In this document: positions 37,429 to 47,326 of the stretch, piece by piece
Numbering within the stretch: the first letter of the stretch is position 1
How the letters are laid out: each line of letters begins with the position of its first letter
DNA from: Pocillopora damicornis
Lineage: Eukaryota
Length of the DNA: 64,000 nt
NCBI RefSeq assembly: GCF_003704095.1
Contig: NW_020843860.1
Coordinates: 1-64,000 of the forward strand
Direction of reading: 5' to 3'
Translations under genes and position numbers: made by a program
Notes under the pieces: model-generated
What the model was told of the DNA's origin: nothing
What the model saw: only the letters and a program-made list of their open reading frames with translations
The model's database searches: none

Positions 37429-40400
37429 GTACTTTTTCAATAATAAATTCTAATTTATTCAGTAATTTTCCCCACTGTCTGCCATACTATTTTTATGATG
37501 TTGATATGGTGAATTTGATTTTAGATCAACTAATAATTCCCCAATTGATATTTTCTTTATTCTCATCACCTGTCTGCTTGATATGGTATTAACATTGTAG
37601 GGAGAAATTCTGTCTTGGTCACTCAATTGGGAGTTGAAGGGTTAATGCTTGAAAATTTTAAATTTCAATTAAAATTACACAATGCATATTGATCTTTGTA
37701 AGGTAGAAAGTTCTCTTATTTTCCCAAATGTGATTGATGCATTAGCTGCTTTATTTTTCCAATGATTATTATCTAATCTAAGTGTAATTGACAGACAGTT
37801 GACTGTAATCTGACAGTTAACCCTTTAACTCTCAGATCAAATTTGTAATTCTCCTAAATGTCAACCATACAATTCTTATAATGTTAGTTCAGAGAAGTTA
37901 GTATTGGATCAACTTATTATCCCCAAATTGACATTTTTCTTTATTCTTATCACTTATCTGGTTGACATTGTGTTGATGTTGTAAGGAGAAATTCTGTCTT
38001 GGTCACTCATGGGAGTTAAAGGGTTAAAGCTACCAATCATATTAAGTCCACTCAGCTAAATTCATCAATCACAGAATTTATTAAAATAACTGATAGCAAC
38101 AACCACTTCCCTACAAATCTGGGAAATTGTCTAAAGGAAGGAATTTTTTACTTTAGAAAATGTCTCTCTGGGATATATTTTTCTCACAGTCAATTTTGAC
38201 TTATTTCCACAGTAATTTTATTTTTCGGAAATTACAATGGTTATGATAAATTGGTAACAGGACTTTGTCCAATTCTGTCTGTAATCATACTGGTAAAAAT
38301 AATTAACAAATCAGACTCCCTCTGCATAGTTGTCAGATTTTGTTTATACCTTGTATGATTACAGACTTAATCAAAACTATAACAAAATTCTTGAACTTGA
38401 CTGGTTATGACCAGCTCAATCTGAGTACTAATAAGTAGTGTACATGGCATGCTTTTAATTGGACAGTGTAATAGGACTGTTAAGGGGTCAGNNNNNNNNN
38501 NNNNNNNNNNNNNNNNNNNNNNNNNNNNNNNNNNNNNNNNNNNNNNNNNNNNNNNNNNNNNNNNNNNNNNNNNNNNNNNNNNNNNNNNNNNCCATGGCTT
38601 TCCTCTAGATTGAGATGTTGGCAATTATGTTTAGTGTCAGAGTAAGGAATTGGCATGGCCCCCATCTTGAAAGGGTTAGGGAGCATTATATGGGGGACAC
38701 TAAAGCAAAGGACTTCTAAGTTTTTCTGCTAAGAATCCATCAGTCATGGCTGAGATCGAACCCTCTTCTCTTATTTGTGAGTTTGGAAAAGCCTCATAAG
38801 TCAGGCCCTATTGAATTGCGTAGCTAAAGGGGCAGGAATAGGGGTAGTTATGTTTGTTATTTTATTTCTAATTTGTTTGCTTAATCATCTTTACATAGGT
38901 TCCCTTGCTCGAGCACAGTTGAAGTCTTGGGAAGCCAGACAAGTTGCAGATGTTGTTGGGACTGAGAAAGCATTCAAAGTATTGAAAGAAGCTCTATTTT
39001 CAATGGAGAGAGTTGAAGACAAATCTAGCGAGTCCTTTAAGCTCACCAAAGGCCTTTACTTGCACACTGAAGGAGAAATTCTCTGGAGAAACAGAGACTA
39101 TAAAAAAGCACTTGCAAGCTTGACGTTGGCCTTAACATTCTCTGAGCCGCTGCTGAAAGAACATACCGATCTTGCAAGGTGCTACAATGCAATTGGAAAC
39201 TGTCATCTAAGTCTGAAACAGCCCACAAAAGCGCTCGAGTTCTTTGAAAAAGCCTACATGATGCAAGAGAAATTAGCAGCCTCTAAGAACCACTTCGACT
39301 TGCCAATGTACAAGCAACAGATTGGAGCGGCGTATGATCATGATGGCCTGAAAGATTATGAAAAGGCAGTTGAATGTTACAAAGATGCACTGGGACTGCT
39401 GGAAGATCTCAAACTCCTAGGTTGTTTGGATGAAGCACACTTCTGTAGAAATCTTGCAAATGTGCTTATGTTTCAAAAGAAATATTCAGAGGCAGTCAAA
39501 CCTGCAGAAAGGGCTCTCAAGATTAGGATGGATCTTCTAAAAAATCATCCACTGACTGTGCGTAGCATTTTTCAGCGAGCGGTTCTTGAAGTTAATCTTG
39601 AACATCCAAAAGAAGCCTTGAAGTTCTTCCTTGCAGCATGGGAGATGGAAAAGTCACTCGGGGCGGGAAACCACAGTGAAGTATGGCGAAAGATTATTGA
39701 AGGTGTCAACGCTATGTGTTACCGCCTGAAAGAAAAACGACAGTGGGAAAGATTTAGGAAAGATGCCTTTAAGTTTTGTCAGCGATTCTGGGGAGAACAG
39801 AAAGTATCTGCACAATTCACCTTCAATAAGTACAACAGAGAAATCATTGATGCGCTAAAAGAGTATGCTATTGATAAGAAAGACAAACATGCAGTGCGTA
39901 AGGAACAACTTTGGTTCTACGAAGGGATGTGCAATGTCGACGAGAGAGAGTTTCAAGAGACGTTTGAACTGGAAAACGATAACAATATCCTCCTTGATCT
40001 GTTGAAAGAACGAGATAGGCTCTTAACCGATGTTATACGCCTTTGTTCTGAACTTCACGAGCGTGAGAAGCTTGCAAAACACAAAGAACACAAGGTGGCT
40101 TTGTACAAAATGTGTCTTGTTAAAGCGGGTTTTCTTGGTGACAAGGCAGATGGCTTGGACAAAGCGTCATTGAAGAGGAAGGTAGAGGAACTGTACAAAG
40201 AGATAGGAAAAGAACGAATCATCCTGGAATTTAGAGAGACATTGTTGGCTTCTTGGCAAATGCAGTGGGAAGAAGGAAAAACCAAAGAAAAGGCGGAGAA
40301 GATCGGCGTTGAAAGAGAAACGACAATCGATGGCATTCTCCAGTTGAGCAAAGAGCTGATGAAAGATACTGTGTACAAACAGTATGGACAAGAAGCGTTG

Positions 40401-43400
40401 AGTTTTTATGATGAATTATGGGAAGTAAAGCACGCTTCCTTGAAGAATCCCGAAATGAAGAGGTTCCTTCTTAAAGTAAAGGATTTGGCGTCGTCCATCG
40501 GTGATTACAGGAGTAAAAAACTCTATGAAGATGCATTAAAGGTAGGAGTTTACTCATGTGTCAAACAACCTTAAACGTCAATGCTGCACGATTTCTTGTA
40601 CGCTTTGCTCAGAGACAGCGAAGGAGCTGTTCGTACTAGCTGGTTCTTTGCAGGTATCGTTTACAATCTACTATCTTTTGTAATTTGTTTTGTTTTTACC
40701 CTTTTTTTGGTCCTGTTTTGGTTTTTGGAGAAATTTCACTTGGTACAAGTACCTTCGGCATCAAATTTACCTTACAGAGTGAGACACCAATAATTTTTCA
40801 GGAAATATTTTTGCATCTATGTTTTTTTTAGTGACTTACAACTTTTAAATCAATGATTTGAAGAGGCAATTAAGGATACTTATATTTAGAAAAACTCAGT
40901 TGAGTTTGAAATATTGTTCCTTTCTTCATGAGTCTTTGTACTTTGTTTCCAGGTGCTGAATGAAACTGGGAAACATCCAGGGGCCATATTGAGACCAAAA
41001 GGTAACACGCTTAGTTTAGATAATAACATGATTTCAAGCGCAATTTGCTGTTAGTAGCAAGAGTAAATTTTTCAAAGACAACAAAACTGCAAGAGCCTGT
41101 AGGGCAAGTGCAAAAAGTCTTTGAAAAATTTGCAAGTGCTTATTACACCAAACTGCGGGAGAAATCATGTTATTATATGTGAATAATGTACTTGAAGAAA
41201 CATTACAAGATGTCAAGACAGACGAAATTTTGAAAGCGTGCGCGCGCTATTTGTAATTTGCACTCGTGTTACATGAGAATGCACTCGTTTTCAGCCAATC
41301 AGAAGCGCGTAATTTTTTCATGAATGTACATTATTATTCTGTTATCTGAGTATTTACTTTACCCATAAGTAACTTCTGTTTTCCAGTATTGTATCTCAAT
41401 TGGTTTTATATATTTAGATACCTTGAATGTTGTAGTATGAAATTCTGAAACAACATCGTGCTTATTTTTACTGAGCTTTATATCGACTTCTGCGAGTGTT
41501 ATGACTTCGTTTGGAAATTGATAACAATAGTACCTTGAGTCTTAAGTTTATCAGAATTTCAAGTCTTGTAAAAATTCTTTTCTGATCTCTTTAAACAACA
41601 AAAAATTAAGAGAACAATAGTGGAGAACAATTTGAATGTGTTGAATTCAGAGACATAGGGGTTCTTGCTTTATTCCAGAAATCTCGGCTTTTGTTTTTCA
41701 AAGGTGCATTGCCATTGGTTCCAGTTGGACATGAAGCTGTATTTAGAACCTTGTCCCTCTGTTTTTACTTTTATTTATTTTGTTTTCCATTAGCTACAAG
41801 TTCCACTTCTAAATCGAAGAGAGAAGAGAAGGATGATGAAGAGGAAAAAGAGGAAATTGAGATTGAACAGAAAAAGGAAGAGCTCGAAATTGGCTTAGAA
41901 GAAGAAACTGAGGTTGGGGCAGAGATGGAACCCTCTTCTGAAGGTGTTCAAACTGATGAGAGAAGCATCATTTTCAAGTAAAGCCATGTTACATTTATTA
42001 TTTCAATAGACATTAGTATTTAGTTAAACAGCGGAAAGCGTTCAAAGTGCGCTCTGATTGGCTACTCAAACTCAGAATACCTTTGCTATTCATCTCCAAG
42101 CAACTCGGATTAATTATATGGATGTGCGTGCTCTGATTGGTCGTCGTCTCTCGCTATACTCAGCCATTGGGAGAAACTTTATTGTCAGAGAAAAACTAAA
42201 TGAGAAAGCGGGATGTTTGTAGCTTTTATCATTGTTTCAAGAGCTCACAGTGCACATAGCACCCCTTCAGTTCAGCGGGTGCTTTTCTCTATAACCTGAA
42301 GTTTAGAAAATTGTAAATATAAATGTTTCAATACCCTTACAACAAGAACACTGATGTAATATCATATTATGTTTATGGTATACAACACCAAATGGTATAC
42401 AAGGTGTGCAATTCACTAGATATTTTTTCTTTCAATTCACAGAGACACTGTAACAACACAAGGTGGCCGCTGGGACTTGAGGAAGGCAGCAACTCACTTG
42501 GTATTTCCTCGTGGTTTTGTTGCTGAGGACACTATATTGACTCTTTTTCGATTGAAATCCTCACTGTGTTCTCCTCCTCTTCAGCCAAATGAAGCCATAG
42601 TCAGCAATGTTCTTGAATTATCGGCAGACACTCCTGAAAGTCTTCTATTCAATAAAGAAGTCACGCTTGGAATTTCGCACAGTGCGTTGGACCTTAAAGG
42701 ATATGAAGTGGTGATTAAGACCTTGATAGACAGAGAGAGAAATGAATGGAAGGACGTCGAGCAAACAGTTGATTATAGATCTCTGTCAGGTAAGCATTGG
42801 AAGTCATCGTGAATTAACCATGGTAACTTGTGTTCAAGCAATAAAGTGGCCTCTCTCAAAAATTGTTCAAAAGTCAACTTGTCAAAGCGTGTCGATCTTT
42901 AACAGTTTTATCAATGTTCTCCGTTTATGTCGGTGGTTTTTTTTACTTTTCTTCTCCCCATTATTTCAGATAGTTTGATCAGTACACTTACCCACACTGT
43001 GTACAAGTGCATATTACTGTTTGAAAGGGAACCTTGCACTGCAATTTTTTGTTTCTGTAGGGAACGAACTGACTGTAAAACACAAACAGCAAACAAAAAA
43101 ACGTAAGAATATGTACCTTGATTCTCCCAGGGCGATTCTTATATAAATGTTGGTGATAGAGGACATCTGCCTGTAAACGACATTTTCAGGGAGAAGAACA
43201 CACAATATACCGTCAATCTATTAGATCTTGTGGTTGTTGGTTCGCCAAACAGGTTCTTGTGGCGAAAGGTGGCTACTTATGAAAAAAGTGTTGGCTGGGG
43301 GTGGGGGGGGGTCCCATTGGAAGAAGGAAGCTGGTTGGAGAACGAAGTAAGCGGTTTTTAATAAACATGTAACAAAAGGATATCCCGTATTCACGATTTG

Positions 43401-46400
43401 TCAATTGACTGCCTAAAAATTATTTTTGCAGATCTTCAGAGAGTCTATCACGATAATTTTCCTGACTATCTTCTTCCTGTTGCTGAAACGAAGATTATCC
43501 AGTGTTCTACCTTCGTTGTGGTTTGCCGTCTCAAGTCCTACATTTTTACGATAACATCAGAACCGTCTACCATCTCTTTGCCTGATTTCCCTTTGGTGAA
43601 GATTCATTTTCCACCAAATTCGGTCTCGTCCACTGAAGAATTCAGTGTCAGAGTAAGTTTTCTTATGTAGGGAAGAAACAAATTCGACGATGCAGTTTCA
43701 TTGGCTCAATATGTTCATCGTGTGAGTGGTCTTTTATCTGTGATGAATCATCTCGTCAGTAATTATTGTTACAGTTGTGTTTAATAAATGTAATGTTATT
43801 AATATTTATCATCGACTGAGTGATTAACTGTTTAGCTCATGCAACTCTTAGGTACAAGAATATATTTGAAAGGAATTGAAAGGCAAGGAAACGCTAGCTG
43901 GCCCCATCATAAGAATATCTTGCAACAAGGAGATTAAGTTTCAAGAAGCTGTCACCGTCCAGCTGCCGTTGTCCTTGAGAGACACTGAGCAGGACGCTGA
44001 ATCATTGGGTATTTCTGATTTGTCCTTAGTCCGTGCTCGAGTCCTGTTTCAACCATCTAATGGTACACAGCGAGAGTGGACTGAAATCACAGATCTTCTC
44101 GATTCCCCTCCGTGGCTGGATGGGTTTGTTATCAAATTCAACGTGAGACACTTCTCAGGGTACGTCAGTGCATCTCTTTACTTCTTTACTTTTTGCTTAC
44201 CACATCTGTCCCACTCTAAGTGGTACCTTTTCACATTTTTAGTTTATAAGCATTTTTGTGGAAAACCTGTTTGGTAGCCAAGGCTGTTAGATGTGAATCA
44301 ACTGCAAAACATTTGAATGAACAGATTGAATATTGTATTAAGTCATTTTAGCAGTGTTGAGATTCTCGTCCTCTTTTAAATCCTTACTGTTTTTCAATTT
44401 TGTTTCGTTTTCCTGTTGTGTATGCTTTCGTTTTTGGTTTGCGTTTTCGTTTATTTGGTAGAATGTCATAAGAAATCTTGATTGTACAATTTTGAGGAAC
44501 GTGTATTGACATTGGACTGTGTTCCTTTCCCCTTTTTTCTCGAAAGATTTTGGACCTGGCTCGCATCACCATTAACCCAAATTGCCCGTGCATGGAATAC
44601 GGAGAGTGTACGGCATTCAGTCGTTTTCACAGCTACTGTTCCAGTGCATACTAGACTTAACACCGATGTAGATCTGCTTTTGTACTGCAGTCCAAATGAC
44701 AAGAAAAGAGAACACATCGATGATGAGAAGATGGTTTGGTTGATAGAAGAAAGTGCATGGTACAGCATGGTCACTGATGATCAAGCTTACGTCTTCCTTT
44801 CAGGGGATGCAGCGCAAGTAGTCAATAAGGAACGACTCAAGAATTTTTTTCTCAGGTAAATTTAAAATAGGTTTGCTGAGTGTCTGTTAAGTGCTTATAT
44901 AGAAAGAGACAGACACTACGCCATGGAACGAATGGCTTTCCAAGAAATCTCCGCCTTGTAAAGTCCTTACTACAAAATAGGTTGTAAACGACTATGAATG
45001 TATGAAAGTCATAGACTTGAACTGCGGATAAAGACGTGAATTTGAACCCATGATCTCTGCGGTGCAGCGCTCTACCATCTGAGCTTACAAGCCAACTGGG
45101 AGCTGGTCATTCAACATAATGACCAGCTCCCAGTTGGTTTGTTAGCTCAGTTGGTAGAGCGCTGCACCGGTATCGCAGAGGTTATGGGTTCAAATCCCAT
45201 ACAGGCCTGAATTTTGTTCAGGCCTTATATCCACTACTGCTCAAGTAGTGTTCATTACTGCGAAAATCGCTAATACATTCAAAACAGATTGTCGTCATTC
45301 ACATGATCTCTCTCTAAAATGAAGATAATTTTCTATTGGTATCATTTTCTAGCACGTATATTTTTATTATATTCCACTCAAGTAAACACTGCTTTTCACG
45401 CTCCCTAATTGACCAGCTCCAAGTTGACTAAATAAATAAATGACTTGGGACAAAGTTTGGGTTGGCGACACAAATCAAATGAAGTTGTTTAATCTTCCCA
45501 GCCTAATATTGTAGAGCAAATGTCCAAGTTACCGATTGCTGTCGAGAATTATGAAAGGAACAACGCCCTCGTAGTTAAGCTAGTTTAGTTCTGTTAATAT
45601 ACCAAAAAACTGGTTGGAAATATAACTCCTGACTCGAGATGTTGTCTTTTCAGCTGCTCAGAGCTGAATGGTACTTGCTGATCACCTCCAAACCAGCCAA
45701 TCAGCGCGTGCGAAAAGCATTATTTATCTGTGTGGTTATACTTATTGTTAATTATCTAATTAGAATCCAATGAAGGAATTTCTTTAGTGAAAAACTGATG
45801 GAGAAAATGAAGCGAAAATCTTCGACTATTTCCAGTTATCCCTGTCTTTGAATGCTGCTATTTCCACAGGTTTGATAGAGAGGCTTCTAATTTTAGACGT
45901 CTGGCGGTACACGTGGTAAACAAAGGCGTCCTAACGATAGAGTTCTACAAAAGTAAAGATCGGAGTGATGGAAATATGATTGGTGTACTGGATATGAAAC
46001 TGCCTCCCGCGCTGGACCTTGCGGTGAGTATCTTTAGTCAGCGCCGTACAATATCATTTGTTGGTAATAGCTGTCCCTATCTCCTCCCCTTGCCACTTTC
46101 TAGAACAAACTAGGACCTTACACAAATATCTCTACAAAGAGTACAAACAGTTCAGAGCCACTTTAATTTTCAAATATATGGGTGGATCAGAGCCATTGGT
46201 ACATACTTTTTTATTCAACTTAACAGAAAGGTGATTGTTGATATGTTGGTTGCAATTCGTTTTTGACTTTTAAAGCACATAAAGGGCTATGACTAACATG
46301 CTGAGTAATAATTGGACATTCTTTTCACACAATTCTCTGGGGAACACATGGAAAAATATGTTAGTTTTGATTTGTTACAAAAAAAAGTGTTTCAGTAATA

Positions 46401-47326
46401 CAGAAAACATTCTGAGTTACTATTAGGTAAGGTGACTGTTGAAGTGTGAAATAACTTTAACTTGCAGAGTACTCCTGTGAAGTTTCTAGGCATTCCCGTA
46501 GATGACAGAATACTTCACGAAGCTCCTTTGGCCGAAATCCTGGCAGCATGTAACGGGGTGTTAGAGAAAATAGGCCGGTGGGATATTCATGAAAGTCATT
46601 TGCGAAGCAACCTCGATGAATTTCGCAAAAAATGTAGTTTCTACGGAGCTCTTGCGAGCTTACCCGTAGAGTATCAACGAGAGTGCTGTGATGCAATCAT
46701 TAGCTTTCTGAGGGAGCACAGACGAACCGGTTTCGAAGGCTTTAAACACATCGAAGAATATCTTATTCATGGTAAGTATGTAAAGCAATTAACTTTTTTT
46801 TCCCATTTATATATCAGTAATTTACCTTCAATAATACTTCCGAAGCTTCGTTAGAAAGTTAAAACTCACGGGAAACTTTTTAAAGACATGATTCGACATG
46901 ACTCATGCCATTCTAGTTTATTGTGTTGCATCCGTTGACTATGTTTTTGCACGCTACAGTCGACATATCTGCAAAAGACAAACGGCAATCACTTTTAAAA
47001 TGAACCTCGTTTATTCTTTCATTTGTTGCTGAATCCATCTGCGTTTGCTCTAGACTCACACACACGTAGCTTTTGACCACACTAGCGCACTCTTTTTCTT
47101 TACTGTTTTATGTGTTTTCCGGTTTGTGTTATATCCAGATGAGGGCCTTTTTTTCCCGGCCTTTCCACGGTACTCCATTCTGTAAATTGTAGCATTCGGG
47201 TTTTTAATTAAGAAATGTCACGGCAAATTTGCTGACACCCATCTGCTTACTCCTTAGAAGTGATCCCAGCTTGCTATTACATAACCTACATTTTTTTTTT
47301 TAATTTCCTTAGCAAAAGATGCCTGA
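35787..47326 (+). CDS. NLR-like copy E, most complete: DED-like - NB-ARC - TPR - acidic - ZU5-ZU5(HFS)-UPA - helical/CARD-like; contains an in-frame TGA (possible pseudogene)
   Basis: Exons 35787-37428, 38899-40541, 40953-41001, 41794-41977, 42443-42789, 43432-43652, 43852-44159, 44547-44855, 45870-46023, 46468-46771, putative 47313-47326 followed by AATAAA; all junction phases compatible; TGA at 43867-43869. Confidence 0.85.
37817..38027. mobile_element. ~210-bp TTAA-flanked MITE (piggyBac-like), best-preserved copy
   Basis: TIR TTAACCCTTTAACTC...GAGTTAAAGGGTTAA; related copies at ~2437-2655, 4007-4217, 4218-4428, 4547-4757, 22025-22210, 23775-23975, 37455-37645. Confidence 0.8.
38899..40541 (+). 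CDS. Copy E exon 2: TPR + helical region
   Basis: ORF 38811..40574; acceptor CATAG|, donor AAG|GTAGGA. Confidence 0.9.
41030..41335. repeat. Interspersed repeat, second copy at ~28390-28710
   Basis: Shared AAGTCTTTGAAAAAT..CAAGTGC.TATTACACCAAA and GCACTCGTTTTCAGCCAATCAG..GCG..TAATTTTTTCATG in non-homologous introns. Confidence 0.7.
44993..45282. mobile_element. Palindromic tRNA-derived repeat
   Basis: tRNA-like arm 45136-45208 (TAGCTCAGTTGGTAGAGC; GGTTCAAATCC) facing its own reverse complement at ~45042-45110; related copy at ~58600-58870. Confidence 0.75.

Noticed and set aside
43867-43869. Selenocysteine recoding of the in-frame TGA
   Set aside because: Homologous position is Ser, not Cys, and I could not identify a SECIS element.
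45136-45208. tRNA gene
   Set aside because: Has A/B boxes but an imperfect anticodon arm, is half of a palindrome and has dispersed relatives (11432, 16585, 32386, 58690); SINE-derived rather than a functional tRNA.
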